NCBI RefSeq assembly: GCF_030144855.1
Contig: NC_082733.1
Coordinates: 27,156,001-27,220,000 of the forward strand
Direction of reading: 5' to 3'
Length of the DNA: 64,000 nucleotides
Source: Hypanus sabinus
Taxonomy: Eukaryota
Made by a program: the position numbers and the translations under genes. Within the stretch, counting starts at the first letter, position 1; every line of letters begins with the position of its first letter. A model generated the notes under the pieces. That model was not told where the DNA came from and did no database searches. It saw only the letters and a list, made by a program, of their open reading frames with translations. Positions 37,570 through 50,354 of the stretch are shown piece after piece.

Positions 37570-38724
37570 CTGCAAAAATGAAGAAATAAAATATTAAATG
37601 GAACAGTGGGAAACAGTTTATCACTGACATCATTTATAGTCAGCCCAAACCTCAAGTCATCCACCTTAAGATAGAAGAACCATGCTCTGTTATCCATGGT
37701 CTTCTACAAATATCCAAATGGATCAAAATAAGGATCAGTGATTCATCTTGTCACAATAGTTCATCGTTCTCTGACATGTAGAATGAAGCTCAATCACAGG
37801 CACACTTAAACATCAAAGATGCACCAATGGCATAGCAATGTACCAATTCTATTACCTACTGACTGAAGTGAGTTCCAGGCAGCAGGTTAATGTAATTGGA
37901 AATGAATGCAAGAGATCCAGTAAAACCAGGTGAAGAGAAAATTTAAGTGGTTAATCAAAATTAAGTTATTACAAGTAAATCATTACTATACAAGTCAAAC
38001 TAAGTTGTATTAGAGAAACAATGTACATTGAACAAGTGCAGAACTATATCCAAAATTCATGACCAATTGAAACTGAAGCACAAGTATATTATACAGAATA
38101 AGAAAATTAAAACACTCATACTTGCTGGCCCAATTCAAAGAATAAGCCATTGAGATTCTTGATCATTGTTTTGTGGTGTTTCTACTTTATAATACCAAGA
38201 ACATTACCCCCAGCCCCCTTCCTGGCCACTTCTTCGTCAGCTCATCCAAAACTCCGTATTCTAATATCCAACAAATCCCACTTACCTGCTACCCTTCAGG
38301 GACTCCAAGTCCAACAAAATCATCCCACATTTAAAATACTTATATGAATGATTAAATTCGAATATCTCCACATTGCCTCCCTAATTCCATCACAATGCCT
38401 TCTTGGTCTAATTCTTCACTGCTCTGACCCAGATTTCCATCAACCTTGCCAAACCATTGATGATTATTCCTTCAGACACCTACACTCTTTGCTGCAATTC
38501 CTTTCATAAACAACTGCCATTCCAGTTTTCTCATCTTCTGTCCTAAAATACACACCTTTAACTAACTTCTCCAGCCCTTCCAATACCCATTTCTTTACAT
38601 TTAAGCCAGAATTTAAAACCAATTATTATATGTTTAAAATTATTTAAGAATATTTTACAATCCTATTATAATTGTATTAATTCTGGGATTTTTTTTTTTG
38701 CTAATTTCATAGCCATGAATTTAC

Positions 38725-38846
38725 CGATATTTCTGGATCAGACAATTCATCCAGAAGTTTTCTTGCATCAACAACAGCCTGGTAAAGCCTGAGATTCTGA
38801 CCATCAGAAGCAACAAAACATGCACTGGCAGAGTTGCAGTATGTGC
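38725..38846 (-). CDS. DMXL2: DMXL2 exon ~13 (122 nt)
   Basis: CAG|GC ACA...TCG|GTAAA; encodes GTYCNSASACFVASDGQNLRLYQAVVDARKLLDELSDPEIS. Confidence 0.94.
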
Positions 38847-39307
38847 CTGAAAATACAAATGGGATACAATTGTAATTATTTTCATTACTACACATTTTAT
38901 TGATTTTTGATTTAAGTTATACAATGCAGCATTTACTCTGTTAATAATGAATTTTTTTCTACTTTAACAGAATAAATCAATGAATATAGTTCATAATGAC
39001 TTGATGTTGTGCTTTAACATTTAAATATATTTTCCAAAAACAAGTAATTGCCGGTTTCGCACAGCCAAATCAGAACCTATTATTTGCTATAATATTGAAA
39101 ACTCCTTTAAATATGTTTCAATAAGATTTAAAAATAAATTTATTCAGGTGAAAACTGATAAGTATGACCAAATCCTAATTTATAATCTTTCTATACTACC
39201 CATTCTGTAATATAACAAAATCTTACCATTCTTGTGTCTTAGAAGGCAACCCTGATACTGACGTTGTACTGTCATTAAGTAAAATTAGTTGTGACATAAC
39301 ACACTAA

Positions 39308-42300
39308 TATACACTCAGAGGCCTCTTTATTAAGTACAGGAATAGAACTTGATGTGGTCTTCTACTGCTACAGCCCATTCATCTCATGGTCTGATACATT
39401 GTGCATTCATAGATGCTCTTTTGCACATTACTTTTGTAATGTGTAATTATTTGAGTGACTGTCGCCTTCCTGTCAATTTGAACCAGTTTGACTATTCTCC
39501 ATAAAGCCATAAGACTTATAGAGAACTAGGCCATTCGGCCCATTGAATCTGCTCCATCATAGCTAACTTATTATCCTTCTCAATTCCATTTTCCCACCTT
39601 CTCCCCATAACCTTGGACGTCCTGATTAATTAAGAACCTATCAACCTCTGCCTAAAATATACCAACAACTTGGCCTGCACAGCAATTTGTGGCAAAGAAT
39701 ACCAAAGATTCACCACCCTCTGGCTATATAAATTTTTCCTCATCTCTGTTCTAAATGGACTTTCCTCAATTCTGAGGCTGCGCCCACTAAATGAAACCCA
39801 CTAAATGAAACATCCGCCCCATAGCCACTTTATCCAGACCTTTCAATATTTGATAGGTTTCAATAAGATAATCCCTCATTCTTCTAAATTCCAGTGAGTA
39901 CAAACCCAAGATCATCAAACGTTCCTCATGTTAACCCTTTCGTTCCTGGCATCATTCTTGTGAACATCCTCTGGACTTGCCCAAATGCTAACACATCCTT
40001 TTAGATAAGGGACAAAATCTGCTAACAATACACCAAGTGAGGTTTGACCAGTGCCTTATAAAGACTCAACATTACATTCTTGCTTTTATATTCTAGTCCT
40101 CTCAAAATGAATGCTACCATTGGATTTGTGTTCCTGATGATCAACTCAACCTGCCTTCTTCCCATAGGGAATTCTGCATGAGAACTCCCAAATGCCCCTG
40201 CACCTCTGATATAAAAAAAATTCTCCACATTTACAAATATTCCACACCTTTATTCCTTCTGCCAAAGTACTTTTGCTTACATTATATTCCATCTGACACT
40301 TCTTTTCCCATTCCTCCAATCTGTCCAAGTTCTTTAACAGGCACACTGCTTCCTCAACACTACCTGTCTTTCCACCTATCTTTGTATCATCTTCAAAGTT
40401 GGTCACAAAGCCAGTAATTCCTTTATCCAAATCACTGACATACAAGTGATCCCCCACTGACCCCTGCAGAACACTTAGTTACCAGCAGCCAACAAGAAAA
40501 AGCCCACTTTATTCCCATACTTTGCCTCCCACCAATCAGCCAATCTTCTGTCCATTCTATTAGCTTTCCCATAATACCATCAGCTCTAATTTCATTGAAC
40601 AGCGTCATGTGCAGCACCTTGTCAAAGGCCTTCTGAAAATCCAAACAACATCTACAGACCCTCCACTGTCTATCCTGCCTGTTATTTCCTCAAAGAATTC
40701 CAACAGATATATCAGGCAAGATCTCCCCTTTAGAGAATCATGCTGACTTTGACCTACGTTATCATGTTCTTCCAACTACCCTGAGACCTCATCATTAAAA
40801 ATCTTCCCAACCACCGAAGTCAGGCCAACTGGCCGATAATTTAATTTTATTTGCTTCCCTCCTTTTTTAAAAGAGTGGAGATTTGCAATTTTCCAGTTCT
40901 CAGAATTCTTGAAAGATCATTACTAATGCCTCCACAATGTCTTCAGCTTCCTCTTCCAGAACTCTGGGATATAGTCCACCTAGCCCAGATGGCTTATCTA
41001 CCTTCAGACCTGAAGACTTCTGTCCCTTGACACTCTTGCATTTCTGGCATTCTGCAGGTCTCTTCCATATAAAGACTGGCACTAAATACTTATTAATTTC
41101 CTCTGCCATTTCTTTGTCCTCCATTACTACCTCTCAAGTGTCAATTTCCAGCAGGCTGATATCCACACTTTTACTCCTCACATATCTGAAAAAAATTGTA
41201 TTCTCTTTTATATTATTTGTTAGCTTACCTTTATACTTCACCTTTTCTCTTCATGGCTTTTTAGTTGCCTTCTGTTGGTTTTTTAAAGCATCCCAATCCT
41301 CTACTTTCCCACTAAATTTTGTTATACTATATGACCTCTCTTTTGCTTCTATGCTGACTTTGACTTCCCTTGTCAGCCCTGGTCATTTCACCCTCCCTCT
41401 AGAATACTTCATCTTTCCTGTGCCTTCCAAATTTCTCCAGGAACACCTGCCATTGTTGTTCCACCATCATCCCTGCTAGTATCTCCTTCCAATCAACTTC
41501 ATCCAGATCCACTCTCATGCCTCTGTATTTCTCTTTAGTCTACTGTAATACTGATATATCTGACTATCTTCTCTCAAACTGCAAGGTGAATTCTATCATA
41601 TTATGAGCACTGTCTCGTAAGGATCCCTTTTCCTTTGATTAAGTTCCCTAATCAAATCTGATTCATTACACAATACCCAATCCAGAACTGCCTTTCTACT
41701 GGTAAGCTCAACCGCAAGCTGCTCTAAAAGGCTATCACTTAGGCATTCTACAAATTTCATCTCTTGGAAATCAGCACCAACCTGACTTTCCCAACCGACA
41801 TTCATATTGAAATCCCCATGATTATCGCAACATTACCCATTTTACATGCCCTTTACATCTCCTGTTGTAATTTGTAGCCCACATCCTGGCTACTGTTTGG
41901 AGATCTGTATACAACTCCAATCAGGGTCCTTTTTACGTTTACAGTTTAACTCTACCCACAACAAATCTCCATCATCCAATCCTATGTCACCTCTTTCTAC
42001 AGATATTTCATTTTTTAACCAACACAGCCATCTCAACCCCTCTGCCTATCTGCCTGCCCTTTCAATGCAATGTGTATCCTTGGATATTAAGCTGACAATT
42101 ATAATCTTCTTTCAGCCATGACTCAGAGATACCCACATCAAACCTGCCAATCTGTAACTGTGCTACAGAATCTTATTCAATCTATTGTGTGCATTCAAAT
42201 ATACCACCTTCAGTCTTGTATTAATCACCTTTTTCGATTTTGCCCCCATGTTACAATCCAACTCTTCCACTGACAATTTTACCCTATCACTCTAGTTCCT

Positions 42301-42922
42301 ATCTCCCTGCCCAGTTAGTTTAAACACTCCACAAAAGCTCTAACAAACCTGACTGCTATGATATTGGTCCCCCTTGGGTTCAGGATTAACCTATCCTTTT
42401 TTTGTACAGGTCATTCCTTCCCCAGAAGAGATCCCAATGGTCCAGAAATCAATCTAAAATCCTGCCCCTACACCAATTTTTCAGCTACACATTCATCGGC
42501 TAAATCATCCTACTTTATCCTCAATAGCACACGGTACAGGCAGCAACCCAGAATCTGGGTACTACCCTTCTACCTAGATTCTCCTCTGACCTCTCATTAA
42601 CAAGGCACTTTTGCCTGCACTCTGGAGGTATTTTATTTTTCACACCATTCCCTGTAAGCCCTGGAGACAGTTGTGCATTAAACTCCCAGGAGACTAACAG
42701 TTTCTGAGAAATTCAAAACACCCCATCTGGCACCAACAAACATTCTGCACTCACTTAGATCATATATTTTCCCCCATCCTATTTGGTCTGAACAACTGGA
42801 CCTCCTGAGTACATCTGCATGCTTTAATGCATTAAGTTGGTGCCACATGATTGGCTGATTAGGTATTTGCATTAACAAGCAAGTGTACAGGTGTATCTAT
42901 AAAGTGGCCACCGAGTATATAT
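39308..42922. mobile_element. Tc1-type non-autonomous element (39308-39500 and 42578-42922) split by a CR1 insertion
   Basis: Terminal inverted repeats tatacactcagaggcctctttattaagtaca / tgtatctataaagtggccaccgagtata, with TA-rich ends. Confidence 0.75.
39501..42577 (-). mobile_element. ~3.1-kb CR1 LINE (endonuclease region to tail), decayed, 7-bp TSD
   Basis: MDFQKAFDKVLH, FEDDTKIGG, KALVKPHLVYC, LDWVLCNE; ATTCTCC at 39494-39500 and 42578-42584. Confidence 0.88.
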
Positions 42923-43653
42923 TTGCTACAAAAATGTGATTTCAATATTATTAAAGAATTGTTGCATTTTACAGGACTAAATGGCCTACCACCAAGAAAC
43001 ACTGAATACAATAATTCTATAGGCTATGTACATTTCAGAACCTTTCTTTAAAAATGAAATTAACATTAACAAAATTCACATTGGCATCAATATCTGTGAT
43101 TAGATAATGCCTATACTGCCGCTTAGCCCTTTGGATCCAGATGGAATGCTGATCTTAATTAATAGAACCCAGTTTCACTTAATAACCCAGTTTCCGTTGC
43201 ATAAAAGTCCACAAGATAAAACCCTGTCACATAACTGCTATAAATATGCATAGCTTGGAAACATTTCCGAAGGGGATTTTCTCAACATTTTGGTTACATA
43301 TGTGGAGAAAAAAATCTGGATTTTATTCTGTGTTTTTGGTAGCTACACAATTTGCTTATGTTTTCAGTAACAGGTTCCTACTGTGCTTTAAAGTAAGTTA
43401 TTCTTACAATATCCAAATGCTTATAAAGTAACAATTGCATTCTCCTTAAGTAGGAGATGTAAATGCCAAGTATCAAATTGATGTTATCCTAATGGATGAA
43501 AATGATGAGGATAAAAGTACTATAGCAAAAGAAATTACATGTAAAAATCTAAGACTTCTTGGCTCCTAATTTTACAAGATTTTCTATTTTACCAAGGGTG
43601 AAGGAACAATGAACACACTCAGAAATCATGACATACTAAAAGATTAAACTTAC

Positions 43654-44302
43654 CAAGGCAATAGCTTGGGATCAATGCTGGAAGCCAGGCTACATTTGAA
43701 AAGGCTGAAGTGTGCAGGGAATTGATTCGTGCCAACTCTGATACACCCCCAGAATATGATAGCGGTCCAATTGGGTCCATACGCCATAGGATCAGTTCAC
43801 TGTAGATGGCATTAGGGTCATGAAATGTTCGTGTGGCAGCATTTTTAACCTGCTGTGTTCTTGGCCCTTTTAAGGATTTCACAGGTTCTATGATTTCTTT
43901 TTCAACATCAGACTCAGGTGTCATGAGAGCATTGTGATGTGAGGAAGTCAACAGCAAGGGCAACACTGAATGACAAGCCAAATCATTGAGATGAAAACGA
44001 TGTCCGCAATATCTGAATTTATGTGATACAATCAGAACTGTGCTAAAGGCAGATTCTTCAGCAAAAGTCACTGCCCACTGGTTTAATGATCCATCAATAT
44101 GTTTCGAAATCATCATAACAGATGGTGTGACAATATTTATTTTTGAACCATTCACACAATGGGTCACTCCATTGATTTTTGGATCATTATCGGGGAGATG
44201 CTTTACATTCTTAACAGTACATGCATACATCATTATATTTCTGCTGAGTGAGTTTGCATCACCAATAGGAAAAGCAACAGGAATCCGAGATGAAAATGCA
44301 AC
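43654..44302 (-). CDS. DMXL2: DMXL2 exon ~12 (649 nt)
   Basis: TAG|GTT GCA...CTT G|GTAAG; encodes VAFSSRIPVAFP...HKFRYCGHRFHLNDLACHS...WLPALIPSYCL. Confidence 0.95.
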
Positions 44303-44970
44303 CTAGAACACAAAAAGAATTGGATATTTTTAGATAGCATATACTGCAGGATTTGAAAGTGATCTTCTGTCTAGAAGAAGCAACAACTTACAAGAAGTCT
44401 CTAATTCAATAAAAGTATACAAGAGATGAATACAGGAATCAAAAGGGAACCAAAGTGACCAGAGTTAGAGGCTCAGGTCAAAGTGTAATTAAAGAAGTGG
44501 CTTGAAGGTGACTTCTAAACTATCAAATTTTATGTTTTGATTGATATTGGAATGTGTGGATTGGTATGCTCATCAAAAGGTTCAATGAAGTATTGATATA
44601 CTTACACTGTCTTTGTTAGAAAAACTTTATGAACAAATAGAAGACTGCCAAAATATAAAAAAGGTATATACCACACAATTACAACTATATTTTCTCTTAT
44701 ATTATAAATCAAATAACTTCTCCAGGCCACATATATACAAGGTTCATTTATATCAATTGATGGCTGCTGCTGAATGTCATTGGTTTAATTGGCTCAGGAC
44801 AAAATAAGGAAAACTATGACTTGGCACCCAGAACTATCGTACCAGCATGCATCATTAGGTGTCATAAAATTTACAATTTCTCAGCACATACTGCATTAGA
44901 TAAAACTTTTCACACAGATACAAGCATTTTGTTTCTGCAGATGGTTCAAACCAATGAGAACAGCTTAGAA

Positions 44971-45050
44971 GATAGGTTCCCAACCTGGGGTCCATAGACT
45001 CCTTGCTTAGTGGTATTGGTCCATGGCATAAAAAAGGTTGGAAACCCCTT
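44971..45050. mobile_element. 80-bp hAT (Charlie-like) MITE
   Basis: TIRs ggttcccaacct / aggttggaaacccc; imperfect 8-bp flanks gcttagaa / gtctagaa resemble the NTCTAGAN hAT target. Confidence 0.65.
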
Positions 45051-45791
45051 GTCTAGAAGATGGGAACAAAAGAGGTAGCTACTCTGATCTAAGGAATTCG
45101 GAAGTACTAAATGTGGTTTAAAACATCTTTTGGAACTATTTTGTGCAGGCTGCTCAAGGTTTCCAACATCTGCAAAATCTCTTCTGTTTATCTTTTAGAA
45201 CCAGACTGATTCACTGAAAATGTTGTTCTTTAATTAGATTGATCACTGAAGATCTTATACTCTGATGCAAGTTTTAAAAAATGTTCATTCTTTTTTTCTG
45301 GGGAGGGCTCAAAAAGGAAATGGAAAGATAAAAGCATGAAGACAATAGACAAAATTTCCTGACATATCCAATCAAGGCAGTAATAGTGACAATGCTCAAA
45401 TATTATTGTCCAGAATTTTCTAGCACAAGGCATTTTTTGCAAGATCTTTTTAATCAGAATGTCAATTACTACAGTGCAATGAGAAAGTTATATCTTTCTC
45501 TTATTTTTTGTATACAAGAGAGATATAGTCTAAAGGAACATGACCTCAAATTGTTTTATAATTTCTCATCTTAGATCCTGTTTCCACAGGTTTAAAAGTA
45601 AACAAAACATTCTGCAATATTCTATAATTTGCTTGATCATAATAAATCAATTTATGTTTTAATACATTCAGATGTCAAACTCACTCACAATTTTGAAGTG
45701 ACTTCATCTGAACACATTTGTTTCTTCTTAAAGTCTAGATCTAAACCTCTTTCATTTATATATAAAAATAATTAAGGTCCTTCATCTGTAC

Positions 45792-46054
45792 CTGGACTTG
45801 TCTAAATATTCCTGGATGGTACTCATCTAAATACTTCACATGCCACACTAAAAATGAACCATCTATAGGATGGATTGTAAACAGCATATCAGCATTCTTG
45901 TTCCACTCAGTTTGCAGTGCTTCAATTTTTCGATCTAACAAAATGGTTGGTAGTGGAATTCCAGCATAGGATGATGAATATATTTTGGTTCTATCATCTT
46001 GTTCAGCTTCTTCTGTGTCGTATTCTGATCCCTTCTCTGAAGTCTCTTCTTGTT
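45792..46054 (-). CDS. DMXL2: DMXL2 exon ~11 (263 nt)
   Basis: TAG|AA CAA...CAG|GTACAG; encodes EQEETSEKG...PLPTILLDRKIEALQTEWNKNADMLFTIHPIDGSFLVWHVKYLDEYHPGIFRQVQ. Confidence 0.92.
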
Positions 46055-46769
46055 CTATAACAAAATTAAAGTTAATCAGTCTTACTCAAAAGAAAGTTAT
46101 ACAGTGCTCCAAATTAAATTAGGAGTGCTCTTTATTAAGCACTTGCTTGTTGTTTTAATCTTCAGTATGTTCCACAACCTGGAGCATAGGTAAGAGGAAA
46201 TTGTTCTAAAATATAAAATTTCTGTTGTAAAGAAACAGAATTTAGATAAAAGCTTCATCCAAAATGATACACAATAGGTTGTTAGTTTGGAATCAAAATC
46301 CTTTCATGCACACTTGTGCTGTGAATTGCTTAACTGCTATAATGATATAGGCATCCAGAAGTTATGCAGAGCAAGCAGATAGAACAATATACAACATTGA
46401 TTTTACACTAACTGTAATGCCAAAGTTCAATTTCAACCTAATGCACCTCTTTTCATCTGCACTGCTAAACACGTTAAGCAGCAAGAATCACCGCACAATG
46501 CTGCTGTCTGATAGAATGATTAGTTACTCATTAATTGCAACTTGAATTCTGATTGATGCTTTAGTTCTACAAGTATATGGTTCTTTCCACATTTATTTGA
46601 AGATGCATTCATTTACAGTGAATAACATGCAAAAGTACAGAAAGACTTTATTCTGATTCAAAACTGTCTTGGATATATTAATTTCTATTCCCATTGGAAT
46701 ACAGGTAGTCCCCAAGTTACGAACATCCGACTTATGGACAACTCGTACTTACGAACCGAGGAAGGAGAA

Positions 46770-46857
46770 CGCCGTCCGCCATTTTAAGTCAGATCACGAC
46801 GCCATCTGCCATTTTAAGTCGGATCACGACACCATGTGCCCTTTTAAGTCGTTGCCG
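46770..46857 (+). repeat. 3 x ~30-bp tandem repeat inside the Tigger element
   Basis: cgccgtccgccattttaagtcagatcacga / cgccatctgccattttaagtcggatcacga / caccatgtgcccttttaagtcg. Confidence 0.9.
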
Positions 46858-46939
46858 TTGACACAGCATTGAGTGTTTAACTTTGTATTTGGCTTAAATT
46901 TTTTTTTTAGTAAGATTCACCCTGACACCACCACCCAGT

Positions 46940-47110
46940 TCCGGTCGGCTGCTGGCGCAGTGAGATCAGTGCCGGCTTCGAGAACGGAGTTTCCCGAGTT
47001 CGATCCAGTGACCAAACGCTCCCGTGCCGGGTTGATGACGATCCAGTGACTCCCGTACCGTATGTGCCGGGTTGATGTCGAGCTCACAACTCAACCTCGT
47101 AAAAAAAAAA
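46940..47110 (+). mobile_element. tRNA-derived SINE-like insert within the Tigger element
   Basis: A box TGGCGCAGTGAG at 46953-46964, B box GAGTTCGATCC at 46996-47006, duplicated gatccagtgac..gtgccgggttgatg unit, ends ctcgtA10. Confidence 0.65.
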
Positions 47111-47941
47111 CACTGCCACCTCCAGTTTAAATTCCCACACAGAATATTGCGGAGGATCAAATACTCAAACCCAGCACAGCCCCCACTTGTCCCATTTAGC
47201 CTGTCTCAGTGCGGTGGTCCTTAGGACCCGCCGCCCCGTGGTGTTTCTGTTCCGTTAACAGGAAGCGATCGCGATTGAAAATAAAGTAGAAATAATAAAG
47301 CGTTTGGAAAAAGGTGAAATGTCATTGGAAAAGCGTTAGGCTACAGTCCGTCAATGGTCAGAACAATTTTAAAGGATAATGGATGAAGTGAAAATAATGG
47401 AGCATGTGAAAGGCCCTGCTCCGATGAAGACTACAATTATTACTAAACAACGTAGTGGTTTTAATTATTGGAATACATACGTTTCTTGAGCCGACTTAAA
47501 GATGGACTCAGGAACGGAACTCGTATGTAACCTGGGGACTGTCTGTATCTCAAACCTTGTGTAATTAGATGATATACAAAGAACAATTCTACTTGACCAG
47601 GAAGAGGAGAGGAAAAGAAGGGCATTCCAAGCCGTAACTGCCTAATGTGATCAGAGAGCAATTCTCTTACCCCCTCTCATTGAAGAGCCATGTATGGAAC
47701 GTCAGAATTTTAACAAGGAGCTTAGCAGAAGTCTGAAGCATTCGTGCACCCACAATTACAACAATAGATTAGGAAAAGCCATATGCCACTTGTTCCCTCT
47801 TTAATCCTTTTGATGAACAAGGGTATGGTCAGGTAGTCTAAACCAAACAGATCAATTGTTTTTTCCTTAAGGCACTGAACTGTGGATTAAATTATGCTTA
47901 TTCATACTGTACAACACAAATCTTTTACTTGCTATGCTCAC

Positions 47942-48148
47942 CAGTGTCTAATTTCATTTTCAATCCGTTCATACTGGCAATGTCAACCTCATTCTCCATC
48001 TGCTGATCTGTGAGTTTCCTCAAATGCTCCATGAATATTTCCATAGATGATGTAAAATGCAGCTCTTTGTTGTTCAGCCAATGAACCACAAAATTTCCAC
48101 CACCTTCTTCAATGTTAAAAGCTGTTCCAGCTAGTGCTGGTGGAATAT
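47942..48148 (-). CDS. DMXL2: DMXL2 exon ~10 (207 nt)
   Basis: CAG|AT ATT CCA...ACT G|GTGAG; encodes DIPPALAGTAFNIEEGGGNFVVHWLNNKELHFT...MKLDT. Confidence 0.92.
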
Positions 48149-48299
48149 CTGTATAGTACAATGGATAAATTAGCTTCCTCATATGCAACATTAAATGGAA
48201 AAATAAATTACAGTAATTTCCATCCAAAGTGTATTTTGCATTAAATCAAATTGAAACCCAATACAGCTACATTAAAAACATACCCAAATTAGTACTGTG

Positions 48300-48845
48300 T
48301 GTATTGGAGTACTGTGCTTACTTGGAGCACTGTGCTCACCTCACTACAGGAAGGATGTGGAAACTATAGAAAGGGTACAGAGGAGAATTGCAAGGATGTT
48401 GCCTGGATTGGGAAAGCATGCCTTATGAGAATAGGTTGAGTGAATTTGCCCTGTTCTCCTTAGAGTGACGGAGGATGAGAGGAGACCTGACTGAGATGTT
48501 TAAGGTGATGACAGGCATTGATTGTGTGGATAGTCAGAGGTTTTTTCCCAGGGCTGAAATGGCTAACACATGAGGGCATAGTTTGGAAGTAGGTATAGAG
48601 GAGATGTCAGAGGTAAGTTGTTTTTTTTTAAAAAAACAGAGTGGCGAGTGCATGAAATGGGCTGCTGGCGATGGTGGTGGAGGTGCCTACAATAGGGTCT
48701 TTTAAGAGTCTCCTGGATAGGTACATGGAGCTTCGAAAAATAGAGGGTTATGGGTAACCCTAGGTAATCTCTAAATTAAGTACATGTTCAATACAGCATT
48801 GTGGGCCGAAGGGCCTGTACTGTGATGTAGGTTTTCTATTATTTC
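48300..48845 (+). mobile_element. CR1 LINE 3' fragment
   Basis: ctacaggaaggatgtgg...gatgttgcctggattg...gaggatgagaggagacctga...gggccgaagggcctgtactgtg tail. Confidence 0.85.
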
Positions 48846-49502
48846 TAAATTTTAAAATATTTAGAGTCAAGGTTGGAAGATTAAACAGCATCTTTAAGGT
48901 TACTTTTTTAAATTAACATCAGAATTGCTATCTTGAACTTATTTTAATTTGTCATAGCCAAGTACAACATGTGCAAAACATCGTATAAACTCTTCACAAT
49001 TTTCTGATAAGAATTGAATCTAGAAATTTTGCTAGAGTAACATTAACACCATATACTTCCACATTAAATCTGAATCAGCATGGTTAAAAAAGAGCAGTGG
49101 ATAATGAGTGTGTGGATCATTCCCATAAGGCTTTCGGCTCCATTTCCACAAACTTATTCTTGAACTCCAGCCTCAAATTATAGGTAAGCTGAAGTCTGAT
49201 TCTTTTAATGAAGCATATCATAATAAACCTTAAGTGCCTGTGTCACTTTTATGGTGGCTCTTTGCCTGAAGCAGAAAGTGCTCATCTTGAAGAATTTCTC
49301 CCTCCCACCCGATCAGTATTCCAAGATAGTGTGTGGACGCAAACTCATAAAAAGCATTACATAAATGCAAAACCCAACCGAACTTAGAGCCATTTATTAG
49401 TTTCTCACAAAACTTACAGAATTCTATACTAGCTATCCAAAAGAATCTATTAAGATATAATTCAGCCTGGCCTTTTCTGACAAATCCACTACATCATAAG
49501 GG

Positions 49503-49812
49503 GATACAGTAGTGTGGGTGTTAATGCAATGTTATACAATGCTAGTTATATAACAATGAAGTTCAATTCCCACCACTGCCTATGTAGGAGTTCGTGCATT
49601 CTCCCTGTGATCGCGTGGGATTTCTCTGGGTGCTCCAGTACCCTTCCACATTCCAAAGACTTACGGTTAAGATCAATGAGTTGTGGGTATGTTATGTTGG
49701 CACCAGAAACTTGGCAACACCTGGACAGCTCAATCTTTGCTGATTTAATTTGATGCAAAACAACACATTTCACAAGTTTCTATGTACATGTGACAAATTA
49801 AGCTAATCTTTC
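49503..49812 (+). mobile_element. V-SINE-like element
   Basis: ggagttcgtgcattctccctgtgatcgcgtgggatttctctgggtgctccagt..cccttccacattccaaagac V-domain core; tail is the reverse complement of the 21774 copy. Confidence 0.75.
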
Positions 49813-50182
49813 TCCATCTTTCACATTAAATTTTATTGGCAGATTTCACAGAGAAATGACATTTTTCCAAATCACATTGATGAGTGAATTACCAGATTAC
49901 AGCTTTTGGGTTTAAATTGAGCACCCAACTGAATGGTAACAAGGCTCTTAGCCTTCTCATAGAGATTGAAGAGAAAATATTACCAGGAGAAAATTTTGTG
50001 TCTTACGGCCAAAAAAAAAAAATTTGACTTGCAGGACGCTCACTCATCCCCATGAGTGAATTTTTAAAACAGCTTCATGGAATTTTAAAAGTTAATTTTC
50101 TCTTTGAACTATCAATTTGTATTTAAATAAGACAGATTTCTTTAACTTGGAAAAAATAGTTATTAGTTCTATTGATTCCAAC

Positions 50183-50354
50183 CTGTATTTGGATTAATGC
50201 TTGCTGCAATATGGAAGTGACAAAGTGCATTAGCGTAGTGTGAAATTTGCCTGTGGACTTCATGTGACCCAAGCTGACTTGGTAAAACTTCCTTATGGGC
50301 AATCAGAACTGAAGATCTGCGGCGCCCACTTAGATGCTTCAAATGATGAATTGT
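50183..50354 (-). CDS. DMXL2: DMXL2 exon ~9 (172 nt)
   Basis: CAG|ACA ATT...ACA G|GTTGG; encodes TIHHLKHL...ISHYANALCHFHIAASINPNT. Confidence 0.93.

Larger units (their letters stand above)
46702..47545 (+). mobile_element. Tigger/pogo-type deletion derivative with TA TSD
   Basis: TA-CAGGTAGTCCCCAAGTTACG...GTAACCTGGGGACTGTCTG-TA; 47265-47465 encodes the remnant IENKVEIIKRLEKGE..IGKALGYSPSMVRTILKD (pogo-type HTH). Confidence 0.85.

Noticed and set aside
40937-41479. 180-aa plus-strand ORF
   Set aside because: It is the antisense shadow of the CR1 ORF2.
46770-46857. CRISPR-like array of ~30-bp repeats
   Set aside because: The repeats are head-to-tail without spacers, lie in a vertebrate transposon, and have no cas genes nearby.
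46940-47015. A genuine tRNA gene
   Set aside because: A and B boxes are present, but I cannot form a convincing acceptor stem or cloverleaf, and the sequence continues into a repeat body with a poly(A) tail inside a transposon.
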